Below, one piece after another: positions 1-9,170 of a stretch of DNA of 64,000 nucleotides. The translations under genes were made by a program, and so were the position numbers. The notes below the pieces were generated by a model, which worked only from the letters and a program-made list of their open reading frames with translations, was not told where the DNA came from and did no database searches. Each line of letters begins with the position of its first letter. Position 1 is the first letter of the stretch. The DNA lies in assembly GCA_021774255.1 (NCBI GenBank), contig JAJFJF010000012.1:30259-94258 (forward strand). The letters run 5' to 3'. The DNA is from Gammaproteobacteria bacterium (GTDB taxonomy: Bacteria > Pseudomonadota > Gammaproteobacteria > JAJFJF01).

Positions 1-771
1 AATCAAAAGAAAGGCTATTTTTACTACCTCTTGTTCTCCTGAGCTTAATTGGTTGAATGTGAAAGTTTTCTCAAAGCCTTCTATTTTATATTTGAAGTTA
101 CTCATCTTGCCTGAATCAACATTTTCTAAAGTTTTCCCAGGGAGTAATTTCCCAAAGGCTTCTTTATATTTAATGAATGGATTCTGAAATTGTGAGTTAA
201 TTTCCTCTAAAGTTTCCTTTCCATTCTCATTCGCTGTAACATATTTTGCTATTTCTCTCTCAAAACTAATCTGCTTTTCATGAATATCTTTTATTATCTT
301 GTCCCATTGAACATTGAAAGGCTCCAGGTACACATTTCTACTTATAGCCTGCTTTTCTGGATCATCAGCTCCACTTGACAAAGAAGTTTGTTTTATTTCA
401 TTAGCATTCCTATTCGTATCAATGTCAACAATAACACCTTCAATCAATGCGCCCTTAACAGGAGGGCTCATATGATTCGAAAGTTTTTCTGACCTCTCTC
501 CTTTTACTATTTCATGAGGCTCGCCAAAATTTATTTTCTCATCTTCTGTTTCTGGAATTATGGTTAAATTCAATGTGGTAGCTACTTTTTTAGAAGTATT
601 GTTGAAGGAAAATTGCTTGTTATGCTCCTGAAATGTTTTCAAAATTTCATTTTTTAAGAACGTTTTTCCTGACCCATTGACGCCAGCAATCATCGTTATA
701 TTTTTCATGTCTTTAATTATGAGTTTTTTTATTGGCCCAATATTTTCTGCTTCAATTTTACTTATCTTCAT
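1..771 (-). CDS. P-loop ATPase (AAA/ABC-type, abortive-infection-like), 3' part truncated by window edge
   Basis: The reverse translation from 771 reads MKISKIEAENIGPIKKLIIKDMKNITMIAGVNGSGKTFLKNEIL... with a Walker A motif GVNGSGKT. The reading frame stays open to position 1. GC is much lower (~35%) than in the rest of the window. This ORF is not in the supplied track because it is partial. Confidence 0.5.
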   Translation of the reverse strand, partial: MKISKIEAENIGPIKKLIIKDMKNITMIAGVNGSGKTFLKNEILKTFQEHNKQFSFNNTSKKVATTLNLTIIPETEDEKINFGEPHEIVKGERSEKLSNHMSPPVKGALIEGVIVDIDTNRNANEIKQTSLSSGADDPEKQAISRNVYLEPFNVQWDKIIKDIHEKQISFEREIAKYVTANENGKETLEEINSQFQNPFIKYKEAFGKLLPGKTLENVDSGKMSNFKYKIEGFEKTFTFNQLSSGEQEVVKIAFLLI

Positions 772-1061
772 GTTTGAAACTCCTAGTATATTTCAATAGC
801 ACCTATATATTACTCGCATTTTAGTTTAAAATTATTACTTAGCAATACAGTAGATCAGAAAGCCAAAAATTTCAGATCGACAACTTACGTTCTATTTAAA
901 AATAGATGAATCACAAAAACACACAACCTCAGCCACTCAAAAAAAGCACCCAAAGTCGACTTGTGTCATCCCCTCCCTTGCCCCCACCTCCTCCATCACA
1001 ACCCAGTGAAAGCAATATTGCTCGAAAGGGGATCTAGCACTAGTGAAACACTAGCTTATCA

Positions 1062-2255
1062 TTAGCCTGCTAGCTTTTTCTTCCGCAGCTGCTCTAAAAA
1101 ATCTTGCCAGGGAAGAACGGTAATTGCTGCGCCATTAGCTTCTTCCAGTGCAATTTTGCGTGCTTTTGGCACTGTAGATACAACAATGCTGTGCTTAGGT
1201 TGATATTCTTCAGTGAATGCAATGAGTCCCTTCAAATCACTCTTATCAATCTTGTCGCCTATTTTTACCTCAATGGCAACTTCGGCGTCTCCCAAGATAA
1301 AATCAACTTCTAGGCCGCTTTTTGTGCGCCAGAAAGTGATATCAAAATCTAGTTCATTTAGCCCTTTATAGGCCATCAGCTCCATCAATATAAAATGCTC
1401 AAAAGCCTTACCAGCATCATGGCCCTTTAATTCTGAGATCCTGCGTTTTAATAAACTATTCGCAGCACCCACATCAAAAAGGTAAAACTTAGGCATGCTC
1501 ATGATAATGTCACGCTTGCGTTGCTTTTTATATGGATAAATAAAATAGCCCGCTAGAGTATCAATCATGATTTGGTAATATTCTTTCACTGTTTTTGAAT
1601 CAATGGATGACTCTCTAGCAATACTTGAAAAGTTAATTAATTCACCATGTGAAAAAGCTAAAGCATCTAAGAATCTTGTGAACGCACCTAAATTACGCAC
1701 CAGTCCTTCTGCTTGAATTTCTTCAGTCAGATAATCTTGCCAATAAGCACGCAGTGAACGCCTTGCATCTTCTTGCAAATAATGAGAAGGAATTAAACCT
1801 GAGTTAAGTGCTCTTAATAGCTCAAAGCCAGGGATCTCAGGATAAACTAATGGATAAAAAGTAAATCGCCACGCCCTGCCCCCTAATAAATTTGCTGCGC
1901 CGCGTTTAAGTTTTCGTGCACTAGAGCCGCATAAGATAAAAGAGATCCCTGCATTTTCGATGAGCCAATGTACCTCATCCAGCAGTTCTGGTATTTTTTG
2001 TACTTCATCAATGATAATAGGAAGGCGTCGTTCGTTTTCCGGAAGTGCTAATATCTCTTCCCGCAAAAGGTGTGGTTGCTTGGTAAGACGAAGGTAAAGA
2101 TCGGTTTCAAGCAAATCATAGCGGACAGAATCAGGGAAATGCGACTTTAAATAAGTCGACTTCCCTGTTTTACGTGGTCCCCATAGGAATGCAGACTGCC
2201 CAGCAGGAAGCTGCAAATCTAGGTATCTTTTATATTTAACTATTTCGGACATCAT
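1062..2255 (-). CDS. AAA+ ATPase with C-terminal DUF4143-like domain (COG1373-type 'ATP-binding protein')
   Basis: The 397-aa protein carries a Walker A motif (GPRKTGKST) and a Walker B-like motif (IIIDEVQ). Its architecture is typical of the AAA_14+DUF4143 family. There is a distant paralog at 39465..40670. Confidence 0.75.
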   Translation of the reverse strand: MMSEIVKYKRYLDLQLPAGQSAFLWGPRKTGKSTYLKSHFPDSVRYDLLETDLYLRLTKQPHLLREEILALPENERRLPIIIDEVQKIPELLDEVHWLIENAGISFILCGSSARKLKRGAANLLGGRAWRFTFYPLVYPEIPGFELLRALNSGLIPSHYLQEDARRSLRAYWQDYLTEEIQAEGLVRNLGAFTRFLDALAFSHGELINFSSIARESSIDSKTVKEYYQIMIDTLAGYFIYPYKKQRKRDIIMSMPKFYLFDVGAANSLLKRRISELKGHDAGKAFEHFILMELMAYKGLNELDFDITFWRTKSGLEVDFILGDAEVAIEVKIGDKIDKSDLKGLIAFTEEYQPKHSIVVSTVPKARKIALEEANGAAITVLPWQDFLEQLRKKKLAG

Positions 2256-2256
2256 T

Positions 2257-2289
2257 CCGAAATAGTAGCACTAATTCGGAGCATGTTCC
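2257..2289. promoter_or_regulatory. 5'-leader hairpin (CCGAAATAGT-AGC-ACTAATTCGG) fused to near-palindrome GGAGCATGTTCC, immediately upstream of the ATPase start
   Basis: This was seen directly in the sequence. The same composite element (hairpin plus a GGAGYATRCTCC palindrome) recurs at 4172..4203. The palindrome alone recurs twice at 40672..40721. Confidence 0.4.
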
Positions 2290-2509
2290 ACAAATGGTTT
2301 TCAGCAATCAGTGAGAAGGAATTAAGACTAATTTGCAAGGCATTGATTTTAATAGAAAAACCCAACAATCTTGAGGAGGAGCCTTTGGTTGAAAATATAT
2401 CTCACGCCATAGTAAGGTAGGGTAAGAAATACCTTCATCGACCTACAAAATCGCTATCAAACAAATAAAGCCGCCAGAATAAGCGAAATCAATCCGGCGG
2501 GTATCTAAA

Positions 2510-4027
2510 TTATAAATCTTGGTGGTAAGGATAAGAAATATCCTCATCGATTTGCCAAACGGTATCAAAATCCCAACCGATAAAAGTCTCTTCTTTCATC
2601 ATTTCTTTTGTGGTTTCCTTACCTATTCCACCCTCTGAAGTATCTTGTTGTGAACTTTCAATATCCCAATAGCTTTCTACCACAATGGGATTACCGCCAT
2701 GGCTATTTCTAAATCCGACTAAACCACCGGCAGCGTCATATTCTGCAAATACAAATCCAACCGCATAGCTTTGACTAATTACAGCATCAGTACACGGGAG
2801 ACCTCCTGCAAAATTGAATCCAACTAGACCACCAACATAACCAAGTCCCTCAACACTGCCCATTGCATAGCTTTGGCTAATAATAGTATCAAACCAATGC
2901 GTGATATTTTTCCCAACTAAACCACCAACGTTTTCATGCCCTTTTGTATGTCCTGTCGCATAACTTACAGTAATAATGCCGTCATAATTTTCACCAACTA
3001 AACCTCCTACATTTCTAGAGCCTGTGACGTTTCCAGTAGCATAACTATATTCAATAATTGCACTTTGAGACATATTCCCATAACTATCTATACGACCGGC
3101 TAAACCACCTATATCTCGATATCCATATGAATCATTATGAATAGACACATTGCCTATTGCATAGCTATCAGTGATTTTTCCTGAGCTTTCACCAACCAAT
3201 CCTCCCACAGTATAATCCCCTATCACATTACCTGTGGCATAACTTGCTTCAATATCACCATGGTTACTTCCAATTAAGCCACCAACATAATATACGCCCG
3301 ATATGTCAGTTGTTGAGTAACTTTCCCTGACAATGTTACGATTTATCCCAATAAGCCCCCCCATATGATTACCCAAGGTGCTCTGCACAAGAATATCGCC
3401 ATGAGCATGACTATTAACTATCTCACTGCGACTCTCTCCTACCAATCCACCAAAAACTCTGTCAGATATCACAGTTGTATTGGTGTAGCTATTTTGCACA
3501 ACTTTATGTAAATGAAAACCAGATATACCACCAACGGTACTAGCACCTTCAATTGTGCCGCCTTCAACAAAACTATTATCGATTATTGTGTATTGACTAG
3601 TACCGGTTATGCCACCAACATAATTCTTACCAAAAATCATTGGGTCGATTAAACCTATATGGCTAATACGACCACCTTCTACTGTTTGGTGATGTGTATA
3701 GCCAAATAAGCCTACGTGATCTTGCATAGGACGATTAATGTGGAGATCTCTAATTTCATAACCTTGCCCATCTAAAACGCCAGCAAAAGGATTTTCATAA
3801 TCCCTACCAATAGGCATAAATCCACCATCATCACCATAATCCCAGGAGAAGCAGCTAAAACTTGTGCCCAATTGATAATGGGCAAACAAATTATCCTCCA
3901 TCATTTGGAGTTCAGCACAATTCATAATGATATAGGGATTGTTTTCTGAGCCATCTCCCTTGCTGAAAGCCATGATTGAAGTTGAGGTAAAAAGTAAAGA
4001 AATAGCTAATGTTGATATTTTTCTCAT
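2510..4027 (-). CDS. secreted single-module GLUG-like (VGGLVG) repeat protein
   Basis: The 505-aa protein has an N-terminal signal peptide (MRKISTLAISLLFTSTSIMA). An N-cap follows (CAELQ...DYGDDGGFMPIG...FAGVLDGQGYEIRDLHINRP...VGLFGY). About 12 repeats of the type VGGLVG-x-N-x-G-x-I-x-x-SYA-x-G-x-V come next. The C-cap is conserved (SYWDIESSQQDTSEGG...ETFIGWDFDTVWQIDEDISYPY). Confidence 0.8.
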   Translation of the reverse strand: MRKISTLAISLLFTSTSIMAFSKGDGSENNPYIIMNCAELQMMEDNLFAHYQLGTSFSCFSWDYGDDGGFMPIGRDYENPFAGVLDGQGYEIRDLHINRPMQDHVGLFGYTHHQTVEGGRISHIGLIDPMIFGKNYVGGITGTSQYTIIDNSFVEGGTIEGASTVGGISGFHLHKVVQNSYTNTTVISDRVFGGLVGESRSEIVNSHAHGDILVQSTLGNHMGGLIGINRNIVRESYSTTDISGVYYVGGLIGSNHGDIEASYATGNVIGDYTVGGLVGESSGKITDSYAIGNVSIHNDSYGYRDIGGLAGRIDSYGNMSQSAIIEYSYATGNVTGSRNVGGLVGENYDGIITVSYATGHTKGHENVGGLVGKNITHWFDTIISQSYAMGSVEGLGYVGGLVGFNFAGGLPCTDAVISQSYAVGFVFAEYDAAGGLVGFRNSHGGNPIVVESYWDIESSQQDTSEGGIGKETTKEMMKEETFIGWDFDTVWQIDEDISYPYHQDL

Positions 4028-4171
4028 TACGAACCCTCTATATTTAAAGATTTAAACGTGTTTGAAAACTAAAAAAATTTTAACAAAAATAACACCTAAA
4101 CAAAAGGCAAGCTCTGCTCGCCACAAGGCATTTCTAACTTGCGGAGAACAGGACAAGTTTATCTTACACTG

Positions 4172-4203
4172 CGAAATAGTCTCACTATTTCGGAGTATGC
4201 TCC
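4172..4203. promoter_or_regulatory. second copy of the hairpin (CGAAATAGT-CTC-ACTATTTCG) + GGAGTATGCTCC palindrome element
   Basis: It is a sequence relative of 2257..2289. It lies ~140 bp upstream of the GLUG gene start (4027, minus strand) and ~300 bp upstream of the LuxR pair. Confidence 0.35.
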
Positions 4204-4443
4204 CAAGATAGTTGAATCATTTAAAAAGAAGCCAGGCCAAGAATAAATTGTAACTATTTGATATTATTGTAATTTTAAGATTTTCGCTAATGGTGAAGTG
4301 TATATTTTCATATATTTCAGCAAATTATTCTATTCTGCCGTCAATTTGAGTTAGTTAACTTTATGCGATATAATGCGGAGCTTTGAAAGGAAAATAGTCT
4401 ACTTAGAGCAGGGATCTACCCTTCTCGCTTCTTTTTTACGTAG

Positions 4444-4465
4444 TTTTTGCTGCATGCAGTAAAAA
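4444..4465. promoter_or_regulatory. 22-bp near-perfect palindrome TTTTTGCTGCATGCAGTAAAAA (candidate operator) upstream of LuxR-like pair
   Basis: There is one mismatch relative to the perfect 24-bp copy at 5817..5840. It sits ~35 bp upstream of the ATG at 4501. Confidence 0.45.
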
Positions 4466-4500
4466 CACTGCTGAGATACAATAGGCACTCGAGGGGCTTC

Positions 4501-5034
4501 ATGTTAAGAGAAGAAACCATTCAAGATATAGCAGAGCCTGACGTGCGGGAAATTTGTCAGCCGCTATTCAATGCGACTGATATTTCTTACTTTCATCACG
4601 GGCGCGTTTACAAAGACGGCACAGCCTGCTCGCTTAACACCTCCCCGCGCTGGTTTGACTGCTATATAGAGGAAGGCTATCACCAAAAAGCCAACTATTT
4701 TCTCGACGCTGGCGTCTACTTGTTAACTGCCATGCCTGCTTATGCCGCTGAATGCGCTAGTTTGCGCTCTCAATTTGGTGTAGATCATAAGTTCGATATT
4801 ATCGTTAAAAAAGACACGCACCTTGATATATTTGGTTTTGGAGCAGATGCCCATAACGACAGTATCGTAGAATTTTATTTTAACAACCTGGATTTGTTAA
4901 AAGGCTTTTCTGAATATTTTCTAGATGTTGCTGAGCCGCTTATTAACAAAGCGCTCTTACCTGAAAATCGTCTTTTCTTACCTGAGCTCAAGAAAAACTT
5001 TGCCAACGCCAATACAATAGAAGGTGCAACATGA
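4501..5034 (+). CDS. LuxR-N-domain paralog lacking the HTH (possible partner/anti-activator)
   Basis: The track ORF starts at a TTG at 4447. The ATG at 4501 (MLREETIQDIAEP...) aligns with the start of the downstream paralog (MIKEDSIQTILAP...). The ~170-aa domain is ~50% identical to the N-domain of 5031..5795 (FHH.R.Y.DG...SLNTSPRW..CY..EG......Y). It has no C-terminal HTH. Its stop overlaps the next start (ATGA). Confidence 0.6.
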   Translation: MLREETIQDIAEPDVREICQPLFNATDISYFHHGRVYKDGTACSLNTSPRWFDCYIEEGYHQKANYFLDAGVYLLTAMPAYAAECASLRSQFGVDHKFDIIVKKDTHLDIFGFGADAHNDSIVEFYFNNLDLLKGFSEYFLDVAEPLINKALLPENRLFLPELKKNFANANTIEGAT

Positions 5035-5795
5035 TCAAAGAAGATAGCATCCAAACAATATTAGCACCACAAACACAAGAGATCTGTAAGCCGTTGTTTG
5101 ACTCAACAGATATCACCTATTTCCATCACGCACGCATCTATCATGATGGCAGAACAACCTCGCTTAACACCTCTCCTCGCTGGCTTAATTGCTATATGGA
5201 TGAAGGGCACTATAAAAACGCTGACTACTACTCCCTGACCCGCGCAGTGACGCTGGTATCTGCCATGCCAAGCCAGCATGCCGAAGCGGCTGCCATGCGA
5301 ACACATTGCAACTTAGATCATAAGTTTGACATCACCGTTAAAACTGACGAATACCTTGATGTGTTTGGATTTGCAACACATGCATATAATGACAAAATCA
5401 TTGGGTTCTATTTCCACAACATGGACTTATTAAAGCGTTTTACAGAATACTTCCTAGAGGCTTCGCAAACATTACAGTCCACTTTACTTTCCCCTGGCAA
5501 CCACTTTCATTATCCTGATCACAAAAAAATATTTTTCAAACCAGCAGAAGAGAAAAAGGCAAGGCATGACAGCTTTGTTTTTAACCGTCACTCTCTAAAA
5601 AAAGCGGCACTCTCACCTAAAGAGCATGAGGTGCTACTTTACTTGCAACAGGGTTACGCCTCAAAAGATATTGCCAGAGCAATGGATATTTCGACCAGAA
5701 CAGCCGAAAGTCATATTTTCAGGCTCAAAAAACGCCTTGGCGTTTATTCTAAATATCAACTTATTCAAGACATCAAGCCTCTGCGCACTGCATAG
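5031..5795 (+). CDS. LuxR-family transcriptional regulator (N-terminal sensor-like domain + C-terminal GerE/LuxR HTH)
   Basis: The C-terminal stretch LSPKEHEVLLYLQQGYASKDIARAMDISTRTAESHIFRLKKRLGV is a canonical LuxR/GerE helix-turn-helix. The N-domain is paralogous to the upstream gene. Confidence 0.75.
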   Translation: MIKEDSIQTILAPQTQEICKPLFDSTDITYFHHARIYHDGRTTSLNTSPRWLNCYMDEGHYKNADYYSLTRAVTLVSAMPSQHAEAAAMRTHCNLDHKFDITVKTDEYLDVFGFATHAYNDKIIGFYFHNMDLLKRFTEYFLEASQTLQSTLLSPGNHFHYPDHKKIFFKPAEEKKARHDSFVFNRHSLKKAALSPKEHEVLLYLQQGYASKDIARAMDISTRTAESHIFRLKKRLGVYSKYQLIQDIKPLRTA

Positions 5796-5816
5796 CCCCC
5801 TTCTCTCTATTAGGTG

Positions 5817-5840
5817 TTTTTTGCTGCATGCAGCAAAAAA
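5817..5840. promoter_or_regulatory. 24-bp perfect palindrome TTTTTTGCTGCATGCAGCAAAAAA between LuxR gene and downstream GLUG gene
   Basis: The palindrome is perfect and seen directly in the sequence. It is not a classical terminator, because the T-run precedes the stem and the A-run follows it on both strands. It sits ~90 bp upstream of the start of 5927. Confidence 0.5.
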
Positions 5841-5926
5841 TACTGCCGTTAATCTTCACTCCCTATTTTTAACAGGTCTAAAATTATCTAGACGCATCTA
5901 TTCATTCTCAATAAAAGGAATTTATC

Positions 5927-7465
5927 ATGAGGGAAAAACATCAAGCTCTAAAAACAGCCTTTCTTGGTATTGCTATCAGCAGCACCCCCATTTTTGCTGA
6001 CTCAAGCAACCTCGTGCAAAATATTGCTACGTGCGAAGCACTTCAAGAAATTGCATTTTCAGGCGACCTGGGCGGCAACTACGTTTTGACGCAAGACATC
6101 GATTGCACAGAAAGCGCAAAATGGGATGAAGAACAAGGCTTTTTTCCTGTCGGCAATAAAGAAACTCCTTTTACAGGCACATTAGAAGGCAATGGCCACA
6201 CTATTTTTAATTTGACAATTAATCGCCCTGCTCAATCCTATTTAGGTATATTTGGCGCAACAGATGAAGCCAGCATCACCAATCTTACGCTCAGTGAAGT
6301 CAATACCTTTGGCTTGGGCGGAAAATATGTTGCTGCTTTAATAGGAAAATCCAGTAATACCACTCTAAGCGCTATTAATTTAATGAATGTCAGTGTAGAA
6401 GGATTAGTGGATGTGGGTACGTTAACAGGCTATCACAACGGCTCAGAGAGCATTGATAAAATCAGCGTACAGAATGCCTTTGTTCGCGGCACATTTGCCG
6501 GTGGGCTCGTAGGGTATCTGCTTAACAGCACTATTCGTGACGCCTATGTAGATAATACTACACTTGCAACGGCCTATGCTGTCGGTGGACTGGTGGGTGC
6601 AGCTGAATTTTCAACCATTACTAATAGTGGCTTTAGCGGTGATATTGTGGGTGCGCATGCTGCTACCCCAACGGCTATTGGTGGCTTAGTAGGTATCACA
6701 TTAGATGTTTATATAGATAACAGTGTTGTCTTGAATGCACAGATCCACGGAGAAGAGTCCGTGGGCGGATTAGTCGGATATGGCGGGGTAAGCAAAATAC
6801 GAAATAGCCATGTGATTGACGCTGAAATAGCACACCACGTAAATGTCGGCTCAGGTAGAAACATGGGTGGCTTAATCGGTACCAGTTTACACGATCAATT
6901 AACCAACACTTCTGTGCAAAATACAAATATCACCGTCTGGGAAAAAGGCGGTGGCTTGATTGGAAGCGCAACGGGCACAGAGATCAGCCAATCTTTTGCA
7001 GATGGAAACGTGACGGGCACAGCAAGCACATACAGCAACATAGGTGGGTTAATTGGTGAAATCGATGCTACCCGCGCTGTCACGATTACCGATAGCTACT
7101 CTCACTCTTCAGTGACAGCCATGGGCGGCAGAGCCGGCGGTTTAGTGGGCCTCTTAGGCAATGGGCGCATTGAGCGCAGCTATGCCGCAGGGCGTGTAAC
7201 AGGCAATGGGAGCGGCCTGGGCGGCTTAGTAGGCGTCAGCTATTGTCACGATGAGAGTCCGGGGGAAGAAGGCGTACAAAAGGTATTTGAGAGCTATTGG
7301 GATACTCAAACAACCGGGCAAGCAGCATCAGCGGGCGGCGGGATCCCTAAATATCACGATGAAATGAAACGTCAAAGCACGTTTGTCGGCTGGGACTTCC
7401 CTGCTGTCTGGCAAATTGATGAGGGTGTGAGCTATCCCTATTTGGCTTGGGAAAGCACTTCTTAA
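5927..7465 (+). CDS. secreted single-module GLUG-like (VGGLVG) repeat protein
   Basis: The 512-aa protein has a signal peptide and an N-cap (CEALQEI...DIDCTESAKWDEEQGFFPVGNKETPFTGTLEGNGHTIFNLTINRP..YLGIFG). GGLVG repeats follow. The C-cap is SYWDTQTTGQAASAGGG...STFVGWDFPAVWQIDEGVSYPYL. Confidence 0.8.
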   Translation: MREKHQALKTAFLGIAISSTPIFADSSNLVQNIATCEALQEIAFSGDLGGNYVLTQDIDCTESAKWDEEQGFFPVGNKETPFTGTLEGNGHTIFNLTINRPAQSYLGIFGATDEASITNLTLSEVNTFGLGGKYVAALIGKSSNTTLSAINLMNVSVEGLVDVGTLTGYHNGSESIDKISVQNAFVRGTFAGGLVGYLLNSTIRDAYVDNTTLATAYAVGGLVGAAEFSTITNSGFSGDIVGAHAATPTAIGGLVGITLDVYIDNSVVLNAQIHGEESVGGLVGYGGVSKIRNSHVIDAEIAHHVNVGSGRNMGGLIGTSLHDQLTNTSVQNTNITVWEKGGGLIGSATGTEISQSFADGNVTGTASTYSNIGGLIGEIDATRAVTITDSYSHSSVTAMGGRAGGLVGLLGNGRIERSYAAGRVTGNGSGLGGLVGVSYCHDESPGEEGVQKVFESYWDTQTTGQAASAGGGIPKYHDEMKRQSTFVGWDFPAVWQIDEGVSYPYLAWESTS

Positions 7466-7553
7466 AGTGAATTATAAAGAAATCATTTCAACTGCCTATC
7501 GAGTAATGTTTAAAGCATTACCCGTTCCCTGCCTCATATCTTGATAAACTACA

Positions 7554-9170
7554 TTACGTTTTATGTGTAATATGCTTAAATCGCAAGCCTAAAAGATAAA
7601 GAGAAGCAAAGTAGATAATCACAGCTAAGCACAAGATCCCACCTAGATTTAAAAAGCGCAGCTGCCAGCCCCAAGCAAGCCATTGCTCAAGCCCGGGGGA
7701 CGCAAACCAGATCGCAGCAATCATGCAGAGGTTGGCGATGATGATGCGCAAAGCATACATGCCCCACCCTGCACAGGCTTTATAAATCTGACGGCGACGC
7801 AATAGATAAAAGAGTACGCCCGCATTAATAAACGCAGACAAGGTCGTTGCAAGCGCCAAGCCAGCATGTGCTAACGGCACAATCAAGATGGCATTAAAAA
7901 CAATATTGCTCACCAGCGCGAGCACGGCCACCTTCACGGGGGTTTTAATATCTTGCTTGGCATAAAAACTAGAGGCAAAGACTTTCACTAAAATAAACGC
8001 CTGCAGGCCAAAGGCATAAGCCAATAAGCTGCGGGTGCTCATGATCACATCATGCGTGTTGAACGCGCCATATTGGAATAAGGTTGTCAGCAAAGGGCCA
8101 GCCAAAATAAACAAACCAATGGCCGCGGGTAACGCGATTAAACATATACTACGCATCGCCCAGTCAATGGTATTAGAGAAGCCTGCGCCCTCCTCTTTGG
8201 CGTGCTGCCGAGATAAATGCGGCAAAATCACGGTAGCCAGCGCCACACCAAAAACGCCCAGTGGAAACTCCATTAAGCGATCAGAATAATACAGCCAAGA
8301 AATACTGCCTGCAGGTAAAAAAGAAGCAAATATCGTATCGACTAGCAAATTAATTTGAGCAACCGACACACCAAATAAGGCCGGCACCATCAAGCTCATG
8401 ATTTTTTTTACGCCAGGATGCTGCCAATCAACACGCCATCTTGGCATTAAGCCCAAACGCTGCAAAAAGGGAAACTGAAAGATGAGCTGCAATACCCCAC
8501 CCGCAAATACACCCCATGCCAACGCCGTAATCGGTTTACTCATTTGAGGCGCTAAGAAAACAGCCGCCAGGATCAAGGCAATATTCAGTAAACAAGGTGT
8601 CAGTGCCGGAATAGCAAAGCGCCCAAAGGTATTTAAAATTGCGCCCATAAAGGCGGTAAGCGAAATTAAAAGGATATACGGAAAAGTAATCCGCAGCATT
8701 TGCGTGGCTAAATCAAACTTTTCTGTTTCACCGATAAAGCCCGGTGCAAACACCATGATCAAGAGCGGTGCGGCTAAAATAGACAGCACCGTCACCAAGC
8801 CCACGATCAGCGCCAGGTTACCTGCCACACGGTCAATTAAGCCTTTAAGCTCATCGGGTGAATGTTTCGTTTGGTATTCAGACAGTACCGGCACAAAAGC
8901 GTGCGAAAAAGCCCCTTCTGCAAATAAGCGGCGCAAAAAATTGGGGATTTTAAAAGCAACGATAAAGGCGTCAACACCTGCCGTGGCACCAAAAAAGCGC
9001 GCAATGACGATATCGCGGATAAAGCCAAGCACACGCGAGATGGTGGTCATGCTGCCAGCAATACCCGTTGATTTCCAGAGCGATTTACCTGGTTTTTTGT
9101 CTAGACTTACTTCCTCTTGGTTTAGAGGATGGTTTTTTGATGCCTTCACTACACGACCCACAATTTTCAA
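7554..9170 (-). CDS. murJ: lipid II flippase MurJ (MviN)
   Basis: The sequence ISRVLGFIRDIVIARFFGATAGVDAFIVAFKIPNFLRRLFAEGAFSHAFVPVLSEY matches the conserved MurJ N-terminus. The protein has ~14 TM segments. The true start may lie slightly downstream of the track start. Confidence 0.9.
   Translation of the reverse strand: MKIVGRVVKASKNHPLNQEEVSLDKKPGKSLWKSTGIAGSMTTISRVLGFIRDIVIARFFGATAGVDAFIVAFKIPNFLRRLFAEGAFSHAFVPVLSEYQTKHSPDELKGLIDRVAGNLALIVGLVTVLSILAAPLLIMVFAPGFIGETEKFDLATQMLRITFPYILLISLTAFMGAILNTFGRFAIPALTPCLLNIALILAAVFLAPQMSKPITALAWGVFAGGVLQLIFQFPFLQRLGLMPRWRVDWQHPGVKKIMSLMVPALFGVSVAQINLLVDTIFASFLPAGSISWLYYSDRLMEFPLGVFGVALATVILPHLSRQHAKEEGAGFSNTIDWAMRSICLIALPAAIGLFILAGPLLTTLFQYGAFNTHDVIMSTRSLLAYAFGLQAFILVKVFASSFYAKQDIKTPVKVAVLALVSNIVFNAILIVPLAHAGLALATTLSAFINAGVLFYLLRRRQIYKACAGWGMYALRIIIANLCMIAAIWFASPGLEQWLAWGWQLRFLNLGGILCLAVIIYFASLYLLGLRFKHITHKT

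Noticed and set aside
1104-1313. Numerous 60-170-aa antisense ORFs inside large genes across the window (e.g. 1104..1313, 8035..8289, 33592..34104, 45045..45518, 56249..56725)
   Set aside because: They are fully embedded antisense or out of frame within well-supported long CDSs. Their composition is driven by the sense-strand codons. No independent support exists.
4447-4500. Upstream TTG start for the first LuxR-like gene
   Set aside because: The TTG lies inside the palindromic operator. The ATG at 4501 aligns with the start of the paralog, so the shorter gene was chosen.
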